From: Dictyostelium discoideum
Taxonomy: Eukaryota
NCBI GenBank assembly: GCA_000004695.1
Contig: CM000151.3
Location: forward strand, 608,001-672,000
Direction: 5' to 3'
DNA: 64,000 bases
A program made the translations under genes and the position numbers. Below the pieces are notes generated by a model that worked only from the letters and a program-made list of their open reading frames with translations, made no database searches and was not told the origin of the DNA. Below are positions 1 through 12,268 of this stretch, one piece after another. How positions within the stretch are numbered: position 1 is the stretch's first letter; each line of letters begins with the position of its first letter.

Positions 1-311
1 AAATAAATAAATAAAAAGTTTAATTTTTTCCTATCAATTTATTTATTTATTACAAATTTATTTAGTTATCAAATTTCACTTAACTATATTTTTTTTTTTT
101 TGAATGTTTAGATTTTTTTTTTTTTTTTAATATTTATGAATTAAACTTATTTATTTATTTATTTTTTTTTTAAAAATTGATTTATATGTATTCTTATTTT
201 ATTATTATTTTATTATTATTTTTTTTTTTTGTTTTTTTTGTTTTTTTTTTTTTTTTTTTTAAATATTAACCAATTTAAATTAATTATTATTATTATTTTT
301 TTTTGAAATTT

Positions 312-1331
312 TTAAACTTGAAATTCAACATAAGTTAAAGCATTACCTTCACGTGGTTCAATCATTGGTTCTAAATAATTCCATTCATTCTTTTCAATAT
401 TATAACATTGATTTTCAGCTAAAACCTCAGAAAAGTAACCACCAATGACATAGATATTACCAGTACCATCAAAGATTGCAGAATTGCGAACATCTATTGG
501 CTTTTTCATATCGGAAAGACTTTCCCATTCCCAAGTTTCAATATTCATACGTTCTAGGTTATTTGAAATTTTTCTACCACCAAAACTACCACCCATAACG
601 TAGATATGATTATTTCCATCGTAAACAGCACCAGGTCCATCACGTTGTTTTCTCATTTTACCAACCTTTACCCATTTATCGGATTGAATATCATATTGTT
701 CAATGATATCCAAAGCTTTTCCATTGAAACCACCAATAGCATAAATAGAGCCACCATTACGTGGATCATAGATAGCTGATAGATCGGATCTTGGTACTTT
801 CATTTTCTTTAGACTTTGATACTCTTGAGTGAGAATATCAAAACGATCGATTTGATTAGAGAACCAAGTTTGATCCTTACCACCAACGATATAGATATAA
901 CGTTGACCATCGAAAACTGTGGCATGTCTCGATCTCTCTCTTGGCATTTCTTTACCCATTACCCATTTATTATCATGAATACAATAACGTTCTACGGATT
1001 TCTCGAAACCACCTGGACATTCACCACCAAAAACATATATATATTGTTTACCATCGAAAACCGCTGAAATTCTATTACGATGGAAATTCATTGGTGATAC
1101 ATAATTCCATTTATTTTGTTGTATTGAATAACATTCAACCGATTGTTTCAATTGTCCACCAATTGCATAAATAAATCTAATTGTAAATTTAATTGTTAAA
1201 TTTGATTTTCTAATTAAATTTAATGATGTTGAATTAATAATATTAATAATTTCTTCATTATTTGATTCAATTAATTTATTTTGTATTGGTGAATTTGGCG
1301 CACTTATATTATTATTATTATTATTTTTATT

Positions 1332-1411
<80 letters not shown>

Positions 1412-2476
1412 GAGATGATGATGATGATGATGATGATGATAAATTTAATTTATTTTCAACTAAATCTAAACACCAAGTTGAACTTCTTTCAATATTTGAA
1501 ACTTGAATTGAATTTTGAATTGATTGTAATAAAGGTTTCTTTTTATTCATTAATGAATTAATTTGTTGAATTAATCCTTTTGAATTTGGAGATGAGGTTT
1601 TTGAAGAAGATGATGAAGAAGATGATGATGATATTGAAGAAGTGGATGAAGAAGTGGATGAAGAAGTGGAAGTTATAGAAGATGATGAAGAAGAAGAATG
1701 TAGCGCAGGTGATGTTGGATTTGAATTGCCAAGTTCTAAATATTCCATTTGATCATTAATTATTTGTTGTTGATGATTATTACTATTATTATTGCTATTA
1801 ATAATAATATTATTACTATAATGACCACGTTTATTTTGTTGTATTTGTTTTTGTTCATTCTTTTTATTTTGTTTATGTTCAAATTCAATATCAGATAATA
1901 ATTGATTAATTAAATTTCTTTTAATTTCCAAAGAGTTTTTAAATTCATTGAAATCTTGATCAACTTGATTTAAAAGTTGTTGAGTGATTGTATTGATTTT
2001 CATTTTAATTTTTTGTTTTTGAGTATTCAAATCGGGTTGACATTGAATGGCTTGTTCAGAGATCTCCCTTTGAATGTGTAATTTATTACGTACTTGATTT
2101 AGATATTGTTTGGTTGCCTTATAATCTTGTTTAGTTTCATTTAATATATCGTTTAATGATTTTAAGGCATGTCCATAGTGTTGATTATCGATATATATAC
2201 ATTTTGCACAAACACCACTACAACATTCAAAACAATAATATTGTATCTCTGAATTATGTAATAAACATTCATTATTTGTAATGAAAAATATATTATCATT
2301 AATATATGTTTGTGATATAATTAAATTATTATTATTAGTAATATTATTATTATTACTATTATTGCTATTATTAATTAGGCTATTATTATTTATAAAAATA
2401 TTATTATTGCTATTTGATTTATATATATGATGGCTATTATTAATATTATTATTATTATTATTATTATTGCTGCCAA

Positions 2477-2516
<40 letters not shown>

Positions 2517-2589
2517 ATTATTAGTATTATTATTATTATTATTATTACAACTGTACAAAAATTGATTATGATTATTATTTATATTTTCA

Positions 2590-2620
<31 letters not shown>

Positions 2621-3935
2621 TAATATTATTATTATTATTATTATTAATATGATTGAAATTATTTGACCCCATTATTACTGGACTACTTGGGACACTAGAT
2701 GAGGTTGAACTATTGGTTGGTCTTATATGTGGTGACTGTTGTACGTTTACATTATATACATTGGTAGGTCCATTTACAAGTGGACTAAATCCACCAAAAA
2801 TATTTGGTGAATGATTTGAAAATGATGGATGTTGCTCGTTATTATTATTTTTACTATAATATTGTTGAATTGGTGGAGGTGGTTGAATTGGAGATTGAGT
2901 TTGAAAAGTTGATTGTGGTTGAGGTTGTGGTTGTGATTGTGGTTGAACCTGTGGTTGTGGTTGTTGGGGTTGATGATGATTAAGATGTTGATGATGATTA
3001 CTATTATTATTAATATTATTATTATATTTATTTAAAGTTGAAACACTTGTTGTTTCATCGTCCGTTAGTAATTGCATCATCGAAGGTGAAGATAAAGGAT
3101 TTAATGGCAATGGTGGTACCATTAATGGTGAAAATTGACTACTCCCACCTCCTCCACTATTAGATGATGGATGAATTCTTGGTGAGAATTGGCCACTACC
3201 ATTTTGAGGGGGTAGTGCACTTCTTGGTGATAATTGTGAAGATAATAAATATGGTGATGGTGCAGGTGACCCGATGGGGGAAGGAGATGTATGATGAAGA
3301 AGTGGTGATTGATGTACGGTACCACCTGCATTTCCCCTTGGTGATGATGGATTATTGTTATTATTAATATTGCCCAAATTCAAATTACTTAAATTTGTAA
3401 TACCATTCAAGCTATTTAATAGTGGTGGGGGAGGTTTCATTCCATTCATATTTGGACTTCCTATTGGCGCTGTATTACCACCACTACTACCATTACCATT
3501 ACCATTACCATTACCATTACCACTACCATTACCATTAATAATACCATTATTATTGTTATTTATATTATTATTTATACCGCCATTGTTATTTTTATTAATA
3601 TTGATATTATTATTGTTATTATTATTATTATTATTATAATGACCATTTCCATTTACATTTACAACGATACCGCCAATACTACCATTTAATTGATAATTTT
3701 TAAATTCGTTTGCATATCTTGTAAGTTGCTCATTATTCCATGCTTCATGAGAACTAGTTTTATCACCACATATTCTGCAATGGTAAAGCATTTGTTTTGA
3801 TCTTGAAAAACTGTTGAGTTCTAGGCAATCACTACAAAAACTGTGATTACATCTCAAAGTTTTTGGATGAGTAAATAATTTTTTACAAATAAAGCATTGT
3901 GGGTAAAATTGATATCCATTGCTATCAACAAACAT
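312..3935 (-). CDS. RING finger / B-box / coiled-coil / 6x Kelch-repeat protein (TRIM-like architecture), 1207 aa, apparently single exon
   Basis: Uninterrupted 1207-aa ORF. The N-terminus has a C3HC4-like RING motif (CFICKK..CNHSFCSDC..CRIC). The middle has a B-box-like motif (CLLHNSEIQYYCFECCSGVCAKCIYIDNQHYGH) followed by heptad-rich, coiled-coil-like sequence. The C-terminus has six Kelch-like blades (YAIGG, YVFGG, YIVGG, YAIGG, YVMGG, YVIGG, each followed by a W/Y). Long poly-N/Q/S tracts are encoded by AAT/CAA repeats. Confidence 0.8.
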
Positions 3936-4416
3936 TTTAAACTTCTATTTTTTTTTTTTTTTTTTTGGTTTTGGTTTTTTTTTTTTTTTTTTTTATGGAT
4001 TTTTTATATGATTTTTATTATTATTATTTTTTACAATTTTAAAAGAGTTATGATTATAAACTTTTGAAAAAAAAAAAAAAAAAAATATAACAAATAAATA
4101 AAAAAAAAAAGACAGGTGTGGGGAGTTTTAAAATAAAAAAAAAATAAAAAAAATAAAAAAATAAAAAAAAAAAAAATAGAAAAGAGGTTCTCTTTTTTTA
4201 TGATTATTTTTTTTTTTTTTATACACTACTTTTTTTTTTTTTTTTTTTTTTTTGTTTTATTTTTTTGGAATAATAACTTTTTGTGGTATTTAATTATTAT
4301 GTTAATTTATTATTGCTATTACTATTTTTATATTTTTTTTAACTGACTAATATTTTTATTTTATTGAGAATATATATAAATTATTTTTTAATATAATTTT
4401 ATAAATATGTATATAT

Positions 4417-4453
<37 letters not shown>

Positions 4454-4563
4454 TTATTATTTTTTTTTATTTTTACAACAAATATAATATTAATATAGTA
4501 TATACTATTAATGTTCAAGTTAATGTTTTTTGTTTATTATTTTTTTTTTATTTTTTTATTTTT

Positions 4564-4610
<47 letters not shown>

Positions 4611-6181
4611 TTTGTTTTTATTTTTTTAAAAGTCACAAGAGAAAAGAAAAAAAAAAAAAAAAAAAAAAAAATAAAAAAAGGAAAAAAAAAAAAAAAAAAA
4701 AAAAAAATGAAAAAGATTTTTAATAATCCAAAAATTTTAATTGAAATTACCAACTGAAAGTTATATTAAAAAAAAAAAAAAAAAAAAAATTAAAAAAATA
4801 ATTTTTTAATAAAATGAAAAAATCATAAAAAAAAAAAATTGAACAAGGTGACCTGATTTGGGATGATGGAAAAAAAATCAAAATTGAACCAATTTGAAAA
4901 AAAAATTAAAAAAAAAAAATAAAAAAAAAGAAATCTTAACACAAAAAGAGAGACAATTTTGAAATAAATAAATAAATGATGGTAATGATAAAGTGAATAT
5001 TTGATTGGTAAAAATGTATGAAATAAAACGATTGATATTGTGTACTGTTTGATTTGATTTTTTAAAAGAATGAAAAATAAAAAAAAATTAAAAATAAAAA
5101 AAAAATTAAAAATAAAAAAAAAAATAAAATTAAAAAAAAAGAAAATTTAAATGAAAATTAGAAAAAAGGTTATTAATAAAATTTTATTTTTATATTAAAT
5201 AATCAAAAAAAAAAGAGGTTTTTTATTTTTTTAGTTTATTTTAAGTTTTATTATTTATATTTTAAAAATAATTTGATATTTACTCTATAAGTTATTAGTT
5301 ATAATTTTTTTTATTTTTTTTATTTTTTTTTTAATATATATATTTTTAAAGGAATTAATTTAATAAAATCATAAGAAAAACAAATTAAAAAAAAAAAAAA
5401 TTTTTATAACCAAAAAAATAAAAAAAAAAAAAAAATAAAAAATAATTGAATTTAATTATTAAAAAATATCTTTTTTTTTTTTTGATGCCCAAAGACAATT
5501 TTTTAAAAATATCTTACTTTTTTTATTTTTTTCTTTTTTTGATCATTTTTTTTATTTTAATTTATTTTAATTTTTTTAATTTTTTTTATTTTTTCCCCAC
5601 CCCAGCCTACTATGGTAACTAAGTAGTTATAGTATTTTTATATCATTTTTAATTTTTTTATTTATTAATTTATTTATTTATTTATTTTTTTATTTTTTTA
5701 TTTATTTATTCATTCATTTATTTTTATTTATTTTTATTTTTTTTTTAATCAACTTTATTTTTTTATTTTTTCTTTTTTTTTTTTTTTTTATCAACTTTAT
5801 TTATTTATTCATTTATTTATTTTTTTTTTTCCTCTTTGATTAAAAACAATTTTAAAAATAAAAAAAAAACCACTTTTTTTTATTTGAGCTAATTTGGAAA
5901 TATTAAAATAATTTGAACGGTACTTTTGATATATATATATGTGTATATATTTTTTATTTTCCTTTTTTGAAATTTGGCCAAATTTAAATGGGTTTTTTAT
6001 ATGATAATTAACGGTTAATTTTGCGCCTTTTTTATTTTTTTTTTCTTTTTTTTTTTTTTTTTTTCAAAATTAAATTTTTAAATTTTTCATTCATTTTTTT
6101 TTTTTTTTTTTTTTTATTTTTTATTTTTATTTTTCATAATCACTTTCTCAATATTATTATTATTATTTCTTTATAGCCAGC

Positions 6182-6223
<42 letters not shown>

Positions 6224-6264
6224 GTCTTCCTTGCCATCAGCTCCACATTATTCTTCTAAATATT

Positions 6265-6775
6265 ATGACGATAAATATGAATACAGGTAAATAATAATAA
6301 TAATAAAAATAATATAATAAATAAAAAAAAAAAATAACAAAATAAAAAAAATTAAAATAAAAAATAATAATAAAAATAATAAAAAAATAATAATAAAAAT
6401 AATAAAAAAATAATAATAAAAATTATGAAAAAAAAAAAAAAAACAATAAACTCATTTATTAATAAATATTTTTTATTAAACTAGACATGTAATTTTACCA
6501 TCAGAAATATCATCCCTTATCCCAAGAGATGTGTTATTAACTGAAGATGAATGTAGAAAATTAGGAATTAGACAATCTGATGGTTGGGAACATTATGCAA
6601 ATCATAAACCAGGTAAATATTTAACAACAAACAAAATAATAATAATAAAAATTTGGTAAATAATCTTTAACTAACCATTATTTAATTTTATTTTTATTTT
6701 ATTTCAAAAGAACCACATATCCTTTTATTTAGAAGACCACACAGCGGTATTCCAAATGATGTTGATTATTTGTAA
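6265..6775 (+). CDS. small conserved-looking protein, 65 aa, three exons join(6265..6286,6505..6612,6711..6775)
   Basis: ATG at 6265. Donor GTAAAT at 6287; acceptor ..atcag at 6504; donor GTAAAT at 6613; acceptor ..caaaag at 6710; TAA at 6773. Introns are over 85% AT. The encoded protein is [64 protein letters not shown]. Function not recognised. Confidence 0.45.
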
Positions 6776-6953
6776 ATTACTATTTCATTTTTTTTCTTTT
6801 TTTTTAAATAATTAAAAAAAAAAAAAGAAAAAAAAAAAAAACAAAGAAAAAAAAAAAAAACAAAGAAAAACAGTTGCAAAAAAAAAGAAACAAACACAAA
6901 GAAAAAAAGTTGCAAAATAAAATAAAAAAAAAAAAAAAAAAAAATAGAAGAAG

Positions 6954-7000
<47 letters not shown>

Positions 7001-7392
7001 CAATAACAATATGTGTGTTAAGTCGCTACTTATATAAATAAAGGTTATTTAATCTAAAATAATTCATAAATAAATAAAAAACAATAATAAAAAAAAAAAA
7101 ATAAAAAAAATAAAAAAAGAATTTTCTCTTATCAAAAATTAACACATGTGTCTTCTTTGTTTTGTTTTGTTTTTTTTTTTTTTCAAACCAAATGCAATAA
7201 AACTAAAAATAATAAAAAAAGTCAAAAAAAAAAAAAAATTTAAATAAAAAAAAAATCAAAAAAATTAAAAATAATTTTGCAAAAAAACGATCGTTTTTTT
7301 TTTTTTTTTTTCTTTCCCCATTCATTCAAATAAATTCATAACATTATCAATATTAGGTATACGTATACCTATACACATATATAAAAGATAAA

Positions 7393-8101
7393 ATGAGACC
7401 TATGACAGAAGAAGAAAGTAAAACTTTCTTTGAAAAACTTATAAAATTGTATTGTATAATTCCTTTTTTATAAAAAATAAAAAATAAAAAATAAAAAATA
7501 AAAATTATAAAAACTAATAAACTTTTTTTTTTTATCTTTATTTTTTATTTTTTATCTTATTTTATTTTTTATTTTTTATTTTTTATTTTTTATTTTTTAT
7601 TTTTTAATTTTTTTTAGTATTGGTAAAAATGTTACATTATTAATACAAAGAAAAGATGAACCATATTGTTTTAGAATTCAAAAGAATAAAGTATATTATG
7701 TTAGTGAAGAATTAATGAAAAGATCACAAAATATACCAAGAGAAGGATTATGTAGTTTAGGAACATGTTTTGGTCGTTTTACAAAAACAGGAAAATTTAA
7801 ATTAAATATCACTTGTTTAGATTACTTAGCACAATATGCAAAATATAAAGTTTGGGTTAAACCATCATCAGAAATGTCTTGGATGTATGGTAATAATTTA
7901 TTAAAAGCTGGTTTAGGTAGAATTACAGAAGATACACCTGCAAATCAAGGTGTTGTTTTATTCTCAATGAATGATGTACCAATTGGTTTCGGTGTTACCT
8001 CAAAATCAACTCATGAATGTAGAAAATTAGATCCACAAGCTTTAGTAGTTTATCATTATGGTGATGTTGGTGAATATTTGAGAGATGAAGATATTATGTA
8101 A
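7393..8101 (+). CDS. nip7: 60S ribosomal subunit biogenesis protein NIP7 homologue; join(7393..7448,7618..8101)
   Basis: Exon 1 encodes [18 protein letters not shown]. Donor GTATTG at 7449; acceptor tttttag at 7617. Exon 2 encodes [107 protein letters not shown]. This is near-colinear with NIP7 (MRPLTEEE...CFRLHNDRVYYVSEK...). The ORF track covers 7715..8101. Confidence 0.85.
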
Positions 8102-8263
8102 ATTCTTTTTTTTTCCCCTCTCCCACCTTATTCATTTTATAAATTATTACTAAAAAAAAAAAAAAAAAATAAAAAAAAAAAAAAAAAATAAAATAAAAAA
8201 TAAAAAAAAAAATATAAATATATAAAACAAGCAATAATTGAACTTTAAGTGATCACACAAAAG

Positions 8264-8303
<40 letters not shown>

Positions 8304-8464
8304 CATTAAAAAATTGAGAAAATAATGAAAATTATTTAAGAATGTTGGGAATTATTTTAATCACATTCCCATAATAATGTGAGTGTAATCGACCTATATT
8401 AATCAAAAAACTATTTTGAATTTAAACTTCAGAAACACAAAAAAAAGCATTATTTTTTTTAAAA

Positions 8465-8620
8465 ACAAACCAAATCCAAATGGATAGTCGCAATCACTTT
8501 ATTTAGTGCGAGACGTGTCCATACTTCGATTATTAGCAACCGCAAAAAAACAAAATTTGTTGGTTGAGGCATATAGGGTATTCCTCAACCAACTCCCCCA
8601 TTTTAATTTAAAGAAAAAAA
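8465..8620. repeat. copy 1 of a ~150-bp repeat (core aatgGatagtcgcAatcactttatttagtgcGagacGtGtccatacttcga ... caaccaactccccc)
   Basis: About 90% identical over the ~50-bp core to the copy at 9930-10100. Both share conserved ends and an internal hairpin (ttggttgagg...cctcaaccaa). It lies between the NIP7 3' end and the rhomboid 3' end. Confidence 0.45.
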
Positions 8621-8733
8621 AAAAAAATAAATAAAATAAAATAAAAATTTATAAATTATAAATAAAAGGTTTATTAATTATATTTTTTTGAATATTTTAT
8701 TTTTTATTTTTAATTTTTATTTTAATTTTATTA

Positions 8734-9613
8734 TTAAGGAAAACATTTTAAAAAATTAATATTACCATTATTGTTATTATTATTATTATTATTAAATTTG
8801 AAAATTGTTAAATTTGGTAATGTTTTATATAGATTTATTATAAAACAAATAAAGATTATTAATGTTATTACATAAAATGAGTTTTTATTTATTGGTAAAT
8901 ATTTTTCAAATAAATCAATATTAATTAAAGCTCCAATGATAATTCCATTAAAGTGACCGATAATTGAAGCATTTTTAATCATAAAGCAAGAATATATTAA
9001 ACATAAAAAAGGATAGTAGGATATTATTGAATTTGTTATTAATTTAATATATATTACTAATAACCCAAAACATACACTAATTTAATAATTTTGGTTATAT
9101 ATATAAATACAAATTAATTAATTATTATTATTATTATTATAATTATTTTTTCAATTTAAAATTATTTATTTACCAAGAATAGCCAATATAATGATTATCT
9201 AAATATGATTCAATCATTTTTATTTTATTATTATTTTTATTATTATTTTTTAAATTAATTATTTTTGAAATATAAATTTCAAAAAATAATAATAAATTTG
9301 TAAAAATTATTAAAATAATATTACATTTAAAGTAGTAGTAGGAGCCTTTAATAATTTCAATTTTACTTGTATTCCATATTGATATAGAATTTAATATTAA
9401 ATGAATTATATTTGAATGTGAAAATGTTGAAGAAATTACTCTCCAATATTGTCCTCCAATTATTTCCTTATAATTAAATGATACCTTTTCTGTACTAATA
9501 TCATAAGCGAAATGATTAAACCATATTAAAACATTTATAATTAAAATTATTGATGTTATTGGACATTGTTTAATTTCAATAAAAAATTCATTATTTAATA
9601 AAACTTCATTCAT
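8734..9613 (-). CDS. rhomboid-family intramembrane protease-like protein, ~260 aa; join(9174..9613,8734..9076)
   Basis: Exon 1 (ORF 9170..9613) carries the rhomboid TM2 signature (YWRVISSTFSHSNIIHLILNSISIW). Donor TG|GTAAAT at 9173; acceptor ttaaattag at 9077. Exon 2 continues in frame with GYSCVCFGLLV... (the GxSx Ser motif) and then IIGHFNGIIIGALIN (the AHxxGxxxG catalytic His motif). Confidence 0.6.
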
Positions 9614-9646
9614 TATTTTAATACAATTTTGATTTAATTTAAATTA

Positions 9647-9679
<33 letters not shown>

Positions 9680-9929
9680 TGTTTGTGTGTGTATGTGTTT
9701 TTTTATTTTTTATTTAATTTAAATATATATTTAATTTAATTTAATTTATTTATTTATTTATTTATTTATTGTTTTTAATTAATTTAATTTTTTTTTTTTC
9801 TTATTATTTTCTTTTTTTTTTTATTTTTATTTTTTTTTATTTTCAAATTTAAATATTCCCATAACAATTAAATGGTGATTAATATTATTTAAAAGCAAAT
9901 TAATTTATATATAACCTTTAGAATCAAAC

Positions 9930-10100
9930 CCTCATCTCAATGAATAGTCGCCATCACTTTATTTAGTGCAAGACATATTCATACTTCGAAATATTTTCAA
10001 AACTAAAAAACTTTGTTGTTGTTTGGTGATGTTGTTGAAAAAGGGAGCTCTTTTTATTTTTACACATCTCAAACTCAACTCCCTTTTAAAATAAAGAAAA
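9930..10100. repeat. copy 2 of the ~150-bp repeat (aatgAatagtcgcCatcactttatttagtgcAagacAtAttcatacttcga ... caaactcaactccc)
   Basis: See copy 1. It lies ~170 bp upstream of the tRNA gene. Confidence 0.45.
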
Positions 10101-10266
10101 AAAACCTGATGCTAAAATAAAATGGAAAATATTAAAATTTGTAAATGAACATCTTTTATATTTTTTTTACATTTTATTTATTTCATATATTTTTTTTTGG
10201 GAATTTTACAAAAATGTTCTTTTATTTCATATATATTTTTCTATATAATATTTTAATTATATCAAA

Positions 10267-10339
10267 GCCCGTTTAGCAAAGTTGGAATTGCGGCAGCCTT
10301 CTAAGCTGCAGGTCGTGGGATCGAGACCCACAATGGGTG
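10267..10339 (+). tRNA. tRNA-Arg (anticodon TCT)
   Basis: 73-nt cloverleaf. Acceptor GCCCGTT/AATGGGT (two G-U pairs). D-arm GCAA-AGTTGGAA-TTGC. Anticodon stem GCAGC/GCTGC with loop CTTCTAA (anticodon TCT). Variable loop AGGTC. T-arm GTGGG-ATCGAGA-CCCAC. Discriminator G. There is no intron and no encoded CCA. Confidence 0.8.
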
Positions 10340-10372
10340 AATTTTTTTTTAAAACTCGACAATAAAGTCGTA

Positions 10373-10383
10373 GGTTCGATTCC
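10373..10383 (+). promoter_or_regulatory. external B-box (exB) GGTTCGATTCC ~35 bp downstream of the tRNA
   Basis: A perfect Pol III B-box consensus lies just 3' of the tRNA. Dictyostelium tRNA genes are known to carry this arrangement. Confidence 0.55.
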
Positions 10384-10399
10384 TTGAAGAATTTACAAA

Positions 10400-12047
10400 A
10401 GATGAAGAAATTCATATTAATAAAATAATCTCATGGTTTATGAATTCTCCCGCAAATTCTGAATCACCAACTCTCAATACCAATTCCATTGAAAATAACA
10501 CATCAACCATCCATTCACGTGCAAAAATACCTTTGATGTGTTATGATAGATCATTAAAACCATTAAAAGAAGGTGGTTGGGGTATGTGGAATATACAATT
10601 ACGACAAGTTGCTCAAAAGATTTGGATATACAACAGATTTTTACAAATGCATAGATCTGCAAACAATTCAATATACATGATAAGTTGGATGGATCAAATC
10701 ATCAACAAATCAATCTCTTCTCCATACCTTATAAAAATCAAAAAAGAATGGGAAAACTATGCAACTCAAATTGGACATCTAAAAGATAAAGTTCAAATCC
10801 TACAACCAATATTAACAAAAAACCAACCCTCTCAAACATTAAACACAAATAATATTTCACTACCACCAACACTCAAAGAAATCTACTCGACAATACTAAA
10901 CAATCACCAATGCAAATCAAAAGACTATATTGGCAAGAAATATTCAGATCTACTTCTTACTTTGCACCAACAATCAATACAACTATTATGGAAATACACA
11001 TACGACCAACTTTTTGTCAAAATTCAAAAATTAAAAGATCCAAAAGGCCGTGATACAATGCAAAGATTCCATGCTAGATGTCTTCCGATTAATCATCTAC
11101 ACAACAAAGTTTGCCCCATTTGCAACAATGAAATGAATAATGATCCCTATGGTCATTTGTTTTTCAATTGTCAGCACACAATCAACTTCATAAACCACGA
11201 CAAATTAAAATATTTTATATATAAAAATTGCAATGGAAACAAAAACTGGTCACTAACAAAAAACCAAACAACAAAATTATACACACTCATTTATAAACCA
11301 CAAACAAACAACAAAGCATTTAAACCAGATCCAACTATCAATATTAATTTTCATTTTGCAGAAAACGCACAATATAAAAAATACAGGTTCAACTGGAATT
11401 ATATAAACACAAATCTTGATCTAGTCAGAACACATGCATATTGGAACATAATCTCATTAGTTATTCACCAAATATGGATATGGTTATGCAAATCATTATT
11501 TGACATCAATATAACTCAATCAATTGATAATTGGAACAACCAAATAAACAACACAACACTAGATTATGATATATTAAAATCAAAATGGCACAAGCTAATA
11601 AGATTGGAATATTCAAGAACTTTATCAAACTTTAACCAATACTCAATTAAAAACAACCTCACAAAAACTCAAAAAGAAACCCAATGGTCCGAAACCATCA
11701 AAAAATTTAAAAAAGAATGGAGCATAAACACTAATGAACATACTATTTTAAATTCACAAAAACTAAAAAACCTAAAATAAATAAATAAAAATAACATACT
11801 AATTGTATACTACAATAGTTTATTTATATCAAAAAAAAAAAAAAAAAAAAATATTTATTCGACAAAATCAAAAAACAACACCCAAATCTAATCTCAATTT
11901 TTGTAGTTCTCTTTTGATGCAGAGTTTAAAGACCAAGCATTTGCAACAATTTTAGCAATCAACGAATCCAAAAGAAGAGACGAGACACCAATACAAGAGC
12001 TCAACAACTGAACCAACCATTTTTTTAAAAAAAAAAAAAAAAAAAAT
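10400..12047 (+). mobile_element. truncated tRNA-gene-targeted non-LTR retrotransposon (TRE3-like: ORF1 plus A-rich 3' region with poly(A) tails)
   Basis: It begins ~60-100 bp downstream of the tRNA/exB, which is the TRE3 target position. The sense strand is strongly A-rich and less AT-biased than its surroundings. A 446-aa ORF (10440..11780) is followed by poly(A) at 11828-11850 and a second 3' module ending in poly(A) at 12025-12047. No ORF2/RT is present, so the element is truncated. Confidence 0.45.
10440..11780 (+). CDS. retroelement ORF1-like protein, 446 aa
   Basis: Continuous ORF with A-rich codon usage (aca/aaa/aac/caa) that is atypical for host genes. Cys/His cluster CPICNNEMNNDPYGHLFFNCQH. 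Sits immediately downstream of the tRNA gene. Confidence 0.5.
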   Translation: MNSPANSESPTLNTNSIENNTSTIHSRAKIPLMCYDRSLKPLKEGGWGMWNIQLRQVAQKIWIYNRFLQMHRSANNSIYMISWMDQIINKSISSPYLIKIKKEWENYATQIGHLKDKVQILQPILTKNQPSQTLNTNNISLPPTLKEIYSTILNNHQCKSKDYIGKKYSDLLLTLHQQSIQLLWKYTYDQLFVKIQKLKDPKGRDTMQRFHARCLPINHLHNKVCPICNNEMNNDPYGHLFFNCQHTINFINHDKLKYFIYKNCNGNKNWSLTKNQTTKLYTLIYKPQTNNKAFKPDPTININFHFAENAQYKKYRFNWNYINTNLDLVRTHAYWNIISLVIHQIWIWLCKSLFDINITQSIDNWNNQINNTTLDYDILKSKWHKLIRLEYSRTLSNFNQYSIKNNLTKTQKETQWSETIKKFKKEWSINTNEHTILNSQKLKNLK

Positions 12048-12199
12048 ATAAATTAAAATAATAAAACACATTGTTTTTTTTTTTTTTTATAATCTAATAA
12101 ACCTACTCTTTCAGTAGAATCATAGTTTTAATTTTTATTATTTATTTTTCTATTTTTGTTAAAAAAAAAAAAAAAAAAATTGTAATAAATGTTATGTTT

Positions 12200-12238
<39 letters not shown>

Positions 12239-12268
12239 CTTTTTTTTTCATTAATTTTCTCTAAATAA

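Noticed and set aside
816-1174. Plus-strand ORFs 816..1067 and 941..1174 inside the Kelch gene
   Set aside because: They are antisense to a well-supported 1207-aa CDS and have no motifs, so they are chance ORFs.
1262-3639. Poly-V, poly-I, poly-H and poly-L/P ORFs (1262..1561, 2427..2666, 3355..3639, 17566..17778, 22077..22274, 21309..21515, 42342..42608)
   Set aside because: These are translations of (CAA)n/(AAT)n/(TCA)n tracts in the wrong frame or strand of real genes. They are low-complexity artefacts.
4511-4757. ORFs in the 4.0-6.2 kb intergenic region (poly-K/F)
   Set aside because: Homopolymer and (TTTA)n runs in an 85-90% AT intergenic promoter region, with no coding signal.
10340-10400. 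Possible second tRNA downstream of tRNA-Arg (GTAGGTTCGATTCCTTG)
   Set aside because: Only a B-box/T-arm-like 11-mer is present. There is no acceptor, D or anticodon arms. It is interpreted as the external B-box typical of Dictyostelium tRNA genes.
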